Of a stretch of 64,000 nucleotides of DNA, positions 49,425 to 61,439 are shown piece by piece. The notes beneath the pieces are model-generated. The model did not search any database. It was not told where the DNA came from and saw nothing but the letters and a program-made list of their open reading frames with translations. The position numbers and the translations under genes were made by a program. Each line of letters opens with the position of its first letter. Position 1 is the first letter of the stretch. The DNA lies in the NCBI GenBank assembly GCA_036785375.1, contig JAWMAR010000748.1:496001-560000 (forward strand), given 5' to 3'. This stretch comes from Leucoraja ocellata. Taxonomy: Eukaryota.

Positions 49425-50393
49425 CTGTTTCCGTTCTGTATCTCTAAACTAAACAAAGTTAAAAAACGAAACCTGGCCCCATCCATCTATTTCTCCCCCA
49501 TCTGATTCCAGCTATCATCCAGCAACCTGTGTTCCACCCTCCTAGGTGCTGCTTCACATTGGTCATCTTTCCCACCCTCTCCCAGCCCTGATCAAGATTA
49601 ACACTCGCCTTTTGTCTGAACAGAGGCTATTTATTCAGCGTTCTGTTTTTTGTGGCAGTGCAAACTGTTCTCGAAAAAGAAGAATCCGTGCCTATTTTGC
49701 CCCCTTGTTCCTACTGGGCGTTTCCAGTGTTATTAAGAAGCAGGTTTCAGGGCAACACGCCTTCTTATTCTTGTTGAGCAGCTGGAGGGGCTGTGTGAAC
49801 TATATCTTGTCAATGGAGAATACACAAAAGGACAATAGGCATGGAAAGAAGCAGCGGAAATTAGGAAACTATTCACTTGTAATACTTGGCCAACTTTCAA
49901 AGCCTCCATTTAGCTCTAATTCAATGGAGTATTTCGGTCATGTTTAAGTTAGTGGTTGCATTGATTTATAGTAGGTTGGATATCTGACTATTGGCAGTTA
50001 AAGTTATCAAAACACATTATTGGAGCAGACAAAACAGTCACGTAATCTCTTTAAAAGTCAACAGTAATTTGTATAATTCGCAGACTGTAAGGTAATATTT
50101 CTTGAGTGTCTTAAATTTCTGGTAAAACAAAACTTAAATTAGTGTGCCCTTTTTGTAGAGGATCGTGTAAAATTATCATAGATCCAGTCCTATGCGTAAC
50201 AGCACCGAATATTATATCTGCCAAATAGGCTTTCCATCCAACGGTTGAAATATCTGTTGTCCTATTGTTACTCCATTCAGCGTGGCCATTCCAAACTGGG
50301 CGTTAGGTACCTGTTATTCCTCTTTCCCATCCACTCTCATACACACTAGAGCCCATCGGCAGAGGCAGATTGACCTACATACCATTCTGAATC

Positions 50394-50533
50394 TTCTTCT
50401 TCTTGCGTATGGTGTGCACAGCCTAAAGTTCTAGGACAACTTGTTCTATTTGATCTTATTTGATTGTGTATGCCGGGTTGATTGCATTCGTCGAAACACG
50501 GCGGACCACATGAAGGTTGCAATCTCCCACCCC
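50394..50533 (-). mobile_element. HDV-ribozyme retroposon, copy 4
   Basis: Full-length; TSD accattctgaatc / accatgctgaatc. Ribozyme at 50480-50533 has one P1 mismatch and one L3 change, with CGAA and P2 intact. Confidence 0.9.
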
Positions 50534-50572
50534 ACCATGCTGAATCACTTCAGCAAGATGTAAAGAACTGAT

Positions 50573-50786
50573 GGTACACAAAAAAGCAGGAGAAACTCAG
50601 CGGGTGCAGCAGCATCTATAGAACGAAGGAAATAGGCAACGTTTCAGGCTGAAACCCTTCTTCAGACTGATCGGGAAACGTTGCCTATTTCCTTCGCTCC
50701 ATAGATGCTGCTGCACCCGCTGAGTTTCTCCAGCTTTTTTGTGTGCCTTCGATTTTCCAGCATCTGCAGTTCCTTCTTAAACACTT
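50573..50786 (+). mobile_element. Palindromic Penelope terminal-repeat insertion
   Basis: Inverted arms; 14-bp TSD tgtaaagaactgat (50559-50572 / 50787-50800). Confidence 0.85.
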
Positions 50787-50915
50787 TGTAAAGAACTGAT
50801 TGGCTCGAAGGAAAGTTTATGTGCTTTTTCTTGGGTGGCATTACTGGGTTTTGTGCAGTAGATTAGTGCAGGCAGTCCCTTCCTGAGCACTGTTGGTAAC
50901 TGACATTCTCATTAG

Positions 50916-51091
50916 TCAGACATGAACGGCAGCAGTGTGTTAGAGAGGATCACAGACACAGCAGTGACGGGAGAGCACGCAGGTGCGGGAAGAGCGGGTG
51001 CCAGCCGACCCCTCCGATACAGTGAACCAGTTTGCTCAATGCTATCAACTCTGCTCGGCTCAACCCAGCCCCCGATTGTTGCGGCTGGGAG
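50916..51091 (+). CDS. NUDCD3: Candidate NUDCD3 linker exon
   Basis: Branch-like ctgac plus ttctcattag acceptor. Open frame SDMNGSSVLERITD...PPIVAAG(R). Donor AG|GTCAGG in phase 2, compatible with the next exon. No recognisable conserved motif. Confidence 0.4.
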
Positions 51092-51600
51092 GTCAGGGTA
51101 CAGGGAAGAGAAGGCACATGGAAATTTAGTTTAGAAATGCAGCAAGGAAACGGGCCCTTCAGCCCATCGAGTCCACGCCGACCATCGATCACCCATTCAC
51201 ATTAGTTCTATGTTATCCCACTTTCTCATCCACTCCCTACACAATAGTGGCAATTTACAGAGGTCAATTAGCCTACAAACCTGCACGTCTCTGAGATGTG
51301 GAAGGAAACCTTTTCACCCAGAGAGTTGTGAGTCCGTGGAATTCTCTGCCACAGAAGGCAGTGGAGGCCAATTCACTGGATGTATTCAAGAGAGTGTTGG
51401 ATATAGCTCTTAGGGCTAACGGAATCAAGTGATATGGGGAGAAAGCAGGAACGGGGTACTGGTTCTGGATGATCAGCCATGATCATATTGAATGGCGGTG
51501 CTGGCTTGAAGGACCGAATGGCCTACTCCTGTACCTATTGTCTATGTTTCTCATTAGGGGTATATTACATGTGATGATTTATATGTTGGTTTGTTTACAG

Positions 51601-51724
51601 GAAATGTGAAGAGACTTTTGACAGCTATAATGGGGCCGTGAGAGACAACTACACCTGGTCCCAGGATTACTCAGACCTGGAAGTGAAAGTGCCGGTTTCA
51701 AAGGTGATCGTTAAAGGAAGACAG
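51601..51724 (+). CDS. NUDCD3: NUDCD3 exon (CS domain start)
   Basis: tgtttacag|G; KCEETFDSYNGAVRDNYTWSQDYSDLEVKVPVSKVIVKGRQ; donor GTAATG; 124 nt. Confidence 0.93.
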
Positions 51725-52037
51725 GTAATGACTAATCACCAGCAGAGAAAACCCGAGTCTGACTCTTTCAAATATTCTGCTGCAGTTTTAATTTTTTGAT
51801 TTGTTTACAATTCAGCATTGCAGATCTCTGCACCCCTAGGCCAAGAAATAGGAAAGGATATCCAGCGTTTCTGTTCTGTCTGTTGGAAAGAGCACTTGTG
51901 TGTGTGGGTTGATCAGTTGGACATCATTAGAATTGAGTTTGGCTGTGGTCTCAGTTGTAGAATAGCTTGCTGGTAGTGGTAGTCATTGTCTATGCCAACT
52001 CGAGAATGGTTTATAAAACAAAACACACAAAGTGCTG

Positions 52038-52248
52038 GTAGACAAAATGCTGGAGAAACTCAGCAGGTGAGGCAGCATCTATGGAGCGAAGAAGGAATAG
52101 GTGACGTTTTGGGTCGAGACCCTTCCTCAAGGGTCTCAACACGAAACGTCACCTATTCCTTCGCTCCATAGATGCTGCCTCACCCGCTGAGTTTCTCCAG
52201 CATTTTTGTCTACATTCGCTTTTTCCAGCATCTGCAGTTCCTTCTTAA
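52038..52248 (+). mobile_element. Palindromic Penelope terminal-repeat insertion
   Basis: Inverted arms; TSD acacaaagtgctg; inserted into an older copy of the same family. Confidence 0.82.
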
Positions 52249-54110
52249 ACACAAAGTGCTGAAGTAATTCAGCAGGTCAGGCAGCGTCTGGAGAACATGG
52301 ATAGGTGGCGTTTCCGGTCTGCACCCGTCTTCAGACTGATTGTAGTAGGGGGTTGAGAGGTGGTGGGGGCGGAACAAAGCCTTCGAGTGAAAGATGGATA
52401 TAAGTTGGCTATATTTAAGAGGGAGTTAGATGTGGCCCTTGTGGATCAGAGGGTATGGAGAGAAGGCAGGTACGGGATACTGAGTTGGATGATCAGCCAT
52501 GATCATATTGAATGGCGGTGCAGGCTCGAAGGGCCGAATGGCCTACTCCTGCACCTAATTTCTATGTTTCTATGTAAGTGGGGGGGCGGGGAGGGGGGAG
52601 TTGTTGACAGATGGGTAGATAGAGATGAAAGGGAGATAAAAGGGTGTCATATGAGAGAAGAGGAATGAAATGTGAAGCCCAGAGGAATGTGAATGTCCCC
52701 CCTCAGTGGGGAGCTGCTCATTTGCCAGTGTCTGTGAAACTATACCCAGTCGATCGATGCTTTCAGAAAAATGGGTATAAATTGGTATTAAAATCTGATT
52801 GGATTTGAGCAGCCTGATATAAGATGGAGAAGGAGGGGGTGGGGGGGGGGGGGGGGGAGGTAAAGGGAGTGTACAAGGCATGTTATTTTACACAGTGGGT
52901 GGTAAGTGCCTGGAGCATATTGCCAGGCGAGCAGGTAGAAGCATATACAGTAGTGGCATTTAGACTGTACATAAACAGGCAGGGAATAGGGGGAAATAGT
53001 CTATATGCAGGCAGATGGCATCAGTTAGATTGGCTTCATGGTCGACACAGGCCTGGGCTGAAAGGCTGCTCCTGTGCTTACTGTTCTACGCACTGTTGCA
53101 GGGAATTGATTGCGTTGAGATAAAGCGGGTCAGATGATGTAATGTGTTGCAGGTCGCAGACTCTGACCTGCAGAGTGCATCAGTGTGTGAAACTGCTCTT
53201 CCACCTCGGTAAATATTTGATCAGCGGTGTCTCTCATTCAGCTGCAGTATGTTTCCATTTATTGCCTCGCTGAAAGCTGGATTCCGTCTGCATCTGCTGA
53301 ATGTAATACAGTTCTTGGCAAAACCATTTATCACCTTTGAAGGTTTCTGTTAAGTGGACATCTGTGGTTTCATAGTGCAGCACAGGGTTATGTGTGCGTG
53401 TGGAATTAGACTGTGCAAACAGCCCACAAATTGTCGCAGTCCAGGCAGCTGAATATTCATTGATGTGCAGCGTTCTTCATGTTAATCCTGCCACAAAGGA
53501 CCTTATGCATTTTAAATTGATGCTGGTTTTATGTGGGTTGGTAGAGACAGTTTGTACATTTAACAGAAAATGTGTAATCCTCAAATCCATTGTGGAATCT
53601 TATTGCCTGCATGGCCCACTGAAGTGAGATGTGTTTAGTAGAACTCGTTTGTTCAGTTTTAGTGTTTGGGAGGGGCTGGTGTGTCAAGCGCTCATGAAAT
53701 ACTGGTTGGGATTTTTTCTTTCAGCTGTTGGCACACTGGCATCTAAATTATAATCCTGAGTGTCATAACCCTTCACGTGGCAACGGGAACTGCAGACACT
53801 GGTTCTCACAAAAGGACGCAGATTGTTGGAGTGACATCAGCGGGCCAGGCGGCATCTTTTGGCGAACATGGATGGGTGACGATCACCGAGGTGACCCAAA
53901 ACGTCACCTATCCACGTGCTCCAGAGATAGTGCCTGACCCGCGGAGTTATTCCAGCATTTTGTACGTTCATAAGACATAGGAGCAGAGGCCATTCGGCCT
54001 GTCAAGTCTGCTCCGCCATTCAATAATTAATGATCTATCTTTTCCTCTCAACCCCATTCTCTTGCCTTTTCTCCTTAACTTTTGACACATTTACTAATCA
54101 AGATCGTATC

Positions 54111-54153
54111 AATTTCACTTGGACCATCTCCGACATCTCCCTACCGTTTCTAG

Positions 54154-54188
<35 letters not shown>

Positions 54189-56305
54189 TTTATTTATAAA
54201 GCGCTTTTAGACAACATCAGTTACCACAAAGTGCTGTACATGGGAAGTCAACAAAAAGTTATTACAAACTACTAAAACCATTAAGACGACAGGACTATAA
54301 AAACAGTAAAAATTAAAAGACATTAAAAGCACTAAAAACAGGAACAATGTCTCAGCCAGTGTCGAAAGCCAGTGAATAAAAGTGAGTTTTTAGGGAGGAT
54401 TTAAAGATGGACAGTGAAGGGGCCTGTCTGATCTGCAGCGGCAAGGTGTTCCAGAGTGCCGGGGCAGCAACAGAAAAGGCTCTATCCCCTCTGATCTTCC
54501 GCTTAGACCTTGGTACCTCAAGGAGCAGCTGATCCGCTGACCTGAGGCACCGGGCAGGAACATATAGGTGGAGCAGCTCAGAGAGGTAAGGCGGGGCGAG
54601 GCCATTCAATGATTTAAAAACAAATAAAAGAATTTTAAAATGAACTCGAAAGTGCACTGGGAGCCAGTGAAGGGAGGCCAAAATTGGCGTAATGTGCTCC
54701 CTCTTTCGAGTTCCGGTTAAAAGGCGAGCGGCAGCATTTTGGACCAACTGGAGACGAGCCAACGAAGCTCGTGAGACTCCAGAGTAGAGTGCGTTACAGT
54801 AATCCAGCCAAGATGAAATAAAGGCATGGATTATTGTTTCAAAATGCTGCCGCTCGAGAATGGGCTTCACCTTTGCCAGCTTCCTTAGGTGAAAGAAGCT
54901 GGACTTAACCACTGCGCCTATTTGTTTATCTAATTTAAAATCACCGTCCATCATAAAACCCAGGTTTAAAACTGTTGGCTTTACGAACACTGCCAGTGGA
55001 CCCAAGTCAACAAAGGGAGGTTCACGGCAGCCATTAGGGCCGAACAAAATCACTTCTGTCTTTTTTTCGTTAAGTCCCAGAAAGTTTATGGCCATCCAGG
55101 ACTTAATGTCCTCAAGACAAGACAGAAGTGATTTTAAGGAATAATTATCTTCTTTCCTGAGTGGCATATACAACTAGATCTCACAGGAAACAGACTATTG
55201 ACCAACAAACCTACTGATTCCTATAGCTATCTTGACGACACTTTTTCCCACCCTGCTTCCTGTAAAGACTCTATCCCCTACTCCCAATATCTACATCGCA
55301 TCTGCGCCCAGGATGAGGTGTTCCATACCAGGGCATCAAAGATGTCCTCATTCTTTAGGAAACAGGGGTTCGCCTCTTCCATTATAGATTAGGCTCTCCT
55401 CTATATCCCGCAACTCCGTTCTTGCTCCCCCTCCCCCCATTCGTAACAAGGGCAGCGTCCCCCTTGTCCTCACCTTTCACCCCATCAGCCGTCGCATACA
55501 GCATACAAACCTCCAACATTTTCGCCACCTCCAATGGGATCCCACTACTGGCCACATCTTCCCGCCTCCACCCCTTTCTGCTTTCCGCAGAGATAGTTCC
55601 CTCCCCAACTCCCTAGTCAACTCGTCCCTTCCCACCCAACCTACCATCTCCCCGGATACTTTCCCCTGCACTGCAGGAGATGCAACACCTGTCCATTTAC
55701 TTACCCCCTCAACTCCATCCAAGGACCCAAACAGTCTTTTCCAGGTGAGGCAGAGGTTCACTTGCATCTCCTCCAACCTCACCTACTGTATCCGCTGTTC
55801 CAGGTGTCAACTTCTCTACATCGGCGAGACCAAGCGCAGGTTCGGCAATCGTTTCGCTGAACACCTCTGCTCAGTCTGTCTTGACCTACCTGATCTCCCG
55901 GTGGCGCAGCACTTCAACTCCCCCTCCCATTCCCAATCTGACCTTTCTGTCCTGGGCCTCCTCCATTGTCAGCGAGGCCAAGTGTAAATTGGAGGAACAG
56001 CACCTCATATTTTGCTTGGGTAGTTTACACCCCAGCGGTATGAACATTGACTTCTCGAACTTCAGTTAGCCCTTGCTTTCTCTATCCATCCTCTCCCCCT
56101 TCCCAGTTCTCACACCAGTCTTACTGTCTCCGACTACATTCTATCTTTGTCCCGCCCCCTCCCCTGACATCAGTATGAAGAAGGACCTCGACCCAAAACG
56201 TCATCCATTCTTTCCCTCCAGAGATGCTGGCTGACTCGCTGAGTTACTCCAGCATTTTGTGTCTACCTTTGATTTAAACCAGTAACTGCAGTTCTTTCCT
56301 ACACA
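54111..56305 (+). mobile_element. Degenerate Penelope-like element (RT C-terminus, GIY-YIG endonuclease, 3' repeat), interrupted by L2
   Basis: NFTWTISDISLPFLD (54111-54155) resumes at 55174 with KPTDSYSYL..SHPASCKDSIPYSQ, then FTCISSNLTYCIRCSRCQLLYIGETKRR..RFAEHL and EEQHLIFCLGSLHPSGMN, followed by the abundant terminal repeat. Confidence 0.88.
54156..55173 (-). mobile_element. L2 LINE 3' fragment
   Basis: ORF 54352-55173 with LDYCNAL, LQLVQNAAARLL, LASLHWLPV, LKTHFYSLAF; (AAT)n tail; TSD CTAGAT (54150-54155 / 55174-55179). Confidence 0.92.
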
Positions 56306-57034
56306 AGAACATATGGCTTTAAAAATACCTGGGCAGCCTTCAAAGCCGTCGTGTCAATAAATCCCACAGATTTTGCACCCTCTGGCTAAAGAAATCCCTC
56401 CTCATCTCCTTTCTAAAGGTACGTATTTTTACTCTGAGGCTGTGCCCTGTGGTCGTAGACTCTCCCACTAGTGCAAACATCCTCTCCACATCCTTGCAAT
56501 CCAGACCTTTCACAGTTCGGTATGTTTCAATGAGGTCCCTCCTCATCATTCTAAACTCCAGCGAGTGCAGGCCCAGAGCTGTCAAACGCTCATCATATGT
56601 TAAGCCAATCATCCCTGGGATTATTCTTGTAAACCTCTGGACCCTCTCCAACGCCAGCATATCCCTCTTCAGATTTGGACCCGGGTTCGATTCCAACTAT
56701 GGGTCCTGTTTGTACAGAGTTTGTAAGTTCTCCCTGTGACCACCTGGGTTTTCTCCGAGATATTCGGTTTCCTCCGACACACCAAAGACTTGGTATAAAT
56801 GTTTTTTTAAATAAAAAGCCCTAGTGTGTGTAGGATAGTGTTAATGTGCGGGATTGGTGCAGACTTGGTGGGCCGAAGGGCCTGTTTCTGCGCTGTATCT
56901 CTAAACTAAAATAAGATGAGCGATGGTCTTGGCATCATGTTCAGCACGCACATTGTGGGCTGAAGGGCCTGTTCGTGTGCTGTACTGCTGGAAAGACATC
57001 AGTATTATTTAACTTATGGTGTTTTCCTATACAG

Positions 57035-57178
57035 GTGTCTGTCGACATACAAAGCAACCGGTTACGCGTGTCTGTGGTTGAAGCAGGGGGTGAGCGAGTC
57101 ATCGTGGACGGAAAACTGACACACAAAGTCAACACTGAAAACTCCATGTGGAGTTTGGAGCCCGGGCACTGCATTCTG
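57035..57178 (+). CDS. NUDCD3: NUDCD3 exon (CS domain)
   Basis: cctatacag|GTG; VSVDIQSNRLRVSVVEAGGERVIVDGKLTHKVNTENSMWSLEPGHCIL; donor GTAAGA; 144 nt. Later exons were not found in the window. Confidence 0.93.
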
Positions 57179-60100
57179 GTAAGACTGCTAGCACATGATG
57201 TGGACGTACCCATAGAAGCATTTGCCCGACAGATCCGATGCTAAAGATGCTGGAGTAACTCAACATGTCAGGCGGCATCTCTGGAAACCATGGATAGGTG
57301 ACGTTTTGGGTCAGGACCCTTCTTCAGGCTGATTAGCTGAGTAACTCCAGCACCTTGGTCCTTTTGTGTAAAGCAGCATTTTCAAGTACTTTTTGCTACA
57401 GGTTCAAGGTGGAAGCTGCCTCCCAAGCAGTATCATCTTTCTGTGCCAAATCACAAAATGCTGGAGTAACTTAGTGGGTCGGGCAGCATCTGGGGAGGGA
57501 AAGGATATGCGATGTTTCAGGTTAGGACTTTTCTTCAGACTGATTTTAGTAGGGGGGAGAAAGCAGGAGAATAAAGTTGGTGGCGGGACAAAGGCTGAAT
57601 TGCTAGGTGGATAGACACAAAATGCTGGGTTAACACAGCGGTTCAAGCAGTATCTCGAGAGAAAAGAAATAGGTGACATCTTGGGCCGAAAGCCTTCTCT
57701 GTACGGGGCAGACTCGGTGGGTGCAAGGGCTCTGTATCTCTAAACTAAACTAAACTAAAGACGCTGCCTGACCCACTAAGTTACTCCAGCTCTTTGTGTT
57801 CTTTTGTGTAAACCGGCACCTGCAGTTCCTTGCTTCTGAATCGTAACAAAGCCTGAAGGCTACGGGGGAGCAGCACATGCGTAGACTAGTTCTTTGTCTG
57901 GGTATCGACAAAGGCACAATTCACCCCAGCCACTGGCTAGTGATTGAGGTGGCAACGTGGGCTGGCACCAGTTCTCTTCCTGACTCTGGCAGTCAGAGTT
58001 GAGTTGCAGCATCTGTGTTGCAGCTAAGTTCGCACAAGCCAGGAATCTAGCTAGTAACTTTCTATTTGTATGGCTCGATGAAAGTAGTGCATTTACCCAC
58101 TGGAACAGAATGGCAAGTTTTATATTCCTCTGGCACTTAAATAATAGTTATCAAAATATTCAAAAAATGCAGGTCTAGTTTCAATGAATATGATGAAAGG
58201 TGGAGGAATTGAGAGGACCAGAGGATGCACAGGAGCATCGATCAGCCATGATCATACAGTATCAGTTGATGGGACATACTTGCGGGGCAACCTGCCTATC
58301 CTGCTCCTATTTCTTGTGTTTAGTTTAGTTTGGTTTAGAGATACAGCGTGGAAATAGGCCCTTCAGCCCACCGAAGGTAGACCCAAAGTGTTGGTGATAT
58401 TTCGGGTCGGAGCCCTTCTTCATACCCACTGAGCTCACCGAGCACGCTGGCCATCGATCACCTGTTCACACTAGTTCCATGTTATCCCACTTTCTCATCC
58501 ACTCCCAACACACTAGGCCGATGAACCTACAAACCTTTGGGATGTGGGAGGAAACCAGAGCACCTGGAGGAAACCCACGCAGTCATATGAAAACTCCAGA
58601 CAGATAGCACCCAGGGTCAGCATCAAACCCATTGAACTCTGGCGCTGTGAGGCAGCAGCTATACCCGCTGCACCACTGTGCTGCCCTTCGAAGTTTTCTT
58701 TACTCACAAGAAGATGTTGGATGCCTGAAATCATTATGCTTTGCTGCGGGTTCTCTGTTCAGCAAGTAATATTTGGCCCTGGATTAATTAAAGTGGTGAT
58801 TGGACACTAGTTTGGGCAAGTCTGGGGTATGTTGTAGATTGTGGACTAGAGATTCAAGCTCTGTGTAAGAAAGAACTGCAGATGCTGGTTTAATGCCGGC
58901 CCTGCAGTCTACGGTGCTTCTGGCTGTGGCGGAGACTTTAAATCTCGACTGCCGGCCTGCGGCCTACAACAACTTAAAGCCGCAGCCTCCGGTGAAGAAG
59001 AGCCGATCCTGGACTGACTCTGGACTCTGGTCCTGTCCACGGGGGGGAAATGGAGGAGGACTGGCCAAATTTGTTTTTTTTGTGCCTTCCACCACAGTGA
59101 TGAATGCTGTGGTGGATGTTTGTGTTACATTCTTATTGTGGTTGTGTGTTCTTTATTATTGTACCGCTGCTGACAACCCAAAATTCCACCGACCCTGGTT
59201 GTGTGGTAATAAATTCTATCTAAATTCTATCTAAATCGGAGGTGATGCACCCGCTGAGTTATTCCAGCATTTTGTGTCTACCTTCGATTCAAACCAGCAT
59301 CTGCAGTTCTTTCTTACACAAAGAGCTTGAATTTCTAGTCCACAATCTGCATCATACATATCTGGAGAAAGGGAATGGGCGACGTTTCGGGTCGAGACCC
59401 TTCTTCAGACTGATTCAGAGATTCAACCTCGCTGTGTGCATGAACAGCCCAAGCTCAATAACAGGTGCATCTTGAACTCTGTTTTTGAAATTCTATTCTA
59501 TTGATGTTCACTGAAGTGGAATTCAACATGAAACAGAGGATGAGATTCTGTCCAAGTAATTATTGGTTTTCAGGTTATAGCCATGATAGGCTTTACTTAA
59601 TGAGTATGCTTGACTCGCATGCTTTCTGTTATTAGACTGTTCCAGAGTTCGACTTGTAGTCTCGGTTAAATTACCTAAACTTGGGTGTACAATGAGCCTC
59701 CATCTGTACCACGGTACTGACTGGCCTGTTCTTGTGAATAGAGCGTGGGATATGGGAGGAAACTAGAGCACCCGGAGGTAACCCACGCAATCACAGGGAG
59801 ACCAGTGTTAATATCCATTTTGTACATTCTACCCATTAACTCTAGTTCTATATTCCACTTTTGCATCCTCTCCCTATACATGACCGGCATTAAAAAAAAA
59901 AAGATGAATTAGCCGACAAACGCGCGTGTCCTTTGGGATGTGGGAGGAAACTGGAGCACCAAGGGGAAACCCACACGGTCACAGGGAGAACGTGCAAACT
60001 CCACACACAGATAGCACCGGGTCAGGATCAAACCCGGGTCGCTAGCGCTGTGAAGCAGCAGCCCTACCGGCTGTGCCACTGTACCGTCCTGAAAGCCCAC

Positions 60101-60896
60101 GTCACAAAGTAGTTGGTTCGACTGTAAATTAGTTGCAAGTTACATTTTACCAAAGCAAAAGTAATCGTCAAGTCAAGAGAGTTTATTGTCATGTGTCCCA
60201 GATAGGACAATGACATTCTTGCTTGCTGCAGCACAACAGAAATACAGAACAGTTCAGTATGTCTATATAGCATAGACCATATATATATACACATAAATAA
60301 ACAAATAAATAACAAATCCACAGCATGTTGTGAATTGGTCTTTGAATTTCTGGTGTGTCGGGTTTTTTTCCCCCTCTGTTTTCTAACTTTTTCTGGAATT
60401 TCATCTTCATGGATACTTTTTAATGGGTCGACCCTTCTAAGTACTGAGGAACTTGCAAATTCAGAAATAATGTATACCAAGGCAGTGTGTTATTGATTCT
60501 TTGATAGCTTGGAGGCTGAAAACATTTACTCCTTAGATTATATTTTAATACTAGACATGCACGCATTTTCTTGGCAGCTTTTGAATCTGTTGACTCATCA
60601 GGTTCTGCTGCTGTTGCTGAAACACAATGAAACGTGTGGAACGTGAAGGAGAACCTAGGTGGGGTCACACTTTGCTGCTTCTGTTATTTAAAATAGGAAC
60701 CTAGATTATGTCCAGATATGAGCAAACCATGGAACATAATGTGCTGGAATAACTCAGTGGGTTAGGCAGCATCTCTGGAGGACATGGATAGCCGATGTTT
60801 TGGGTCGGGACCTGTCCTCAGACTGAACCGATTTACCAAACTCTGGGACTTCAAGCTTTGTTTTGCTTATTGCACTATATTGGGATTTTTATTCCG

Positions 60897-61388
60897 TTTA
60901 GAGATACAGTGCGGAAACAGGCCCTTTGGCCCACCGAGTCCACGCCAACCAGCGATCCCTGTACACTAATGGGCCAGTCCCACTTAGGCAACTCTTTAGG
61001 TGACGGCCAGGGATTAGTTTTAATGAAATTCACCTACGACACCTGGTGACAACATACGACAGCAAAAACAGTCGCAACTGTCGCCGAAAATTTTTCAACA
61101 TGTTGAAAAATTTTGCCGCAGTCGCCTATAGTCACCCAGAAATTTGTCTAAGTGGGACAGGCCCATAATATTACACACACTAGGGACAATTTACAATTGT
61201 ACCAAAGCCAATTAACCTACAAACCTGTACGTCTCTGGAGTGTGGGAGATAACCGGAGATTCAGGGGAAAACCCACGCAGGTCACAGAGAATGTACAAAC
61301 TCTGCACAGAGAGCACCCATAGTCAGGATTGAACCAGGGTCACTGCTGCTATAAGACAGCAGCTCTATCGCTGCGCCACTGTGCCGCC
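60897..61388 (-). mobile_element. HE1-type V-SINE interrupted by a Harbinger-like MITE
   Basis: SINE sequence is continuous across the MITE at 60970-61165. Further SINE copies lie at ~14313, 42738, 51126, 56678, 58318 and 59910. Confidence 0.82.
60970..61165. mobile_element. PIF/Harbinger-like MITE
   Basis: TIR TGGGCC(A/T)GTCCCACTTAG; TAA TSD. Confidence 0.85.
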
Positions 61389-61439
61389 TTTATTTCATTA
61401 TTCCATTTACATACGACAATAATGTACCAGTACACATTA

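Noticed and set aside
48535-49486. Long Pro-/Gly-rich ORFs on both strands
   Set aside because: Artefacts of G/A low-complexity sequence and the N gap.
49546-49947. ORF after a cctcctag acceptor as NUDCD3 exon 2
   Set aside because: No resemblance to the charged coiled-coil NUDCD3 segment.
54156-54188. Poly-Asn ORF
   Set aside because: The (AAT)n tail of the L2 insertion.
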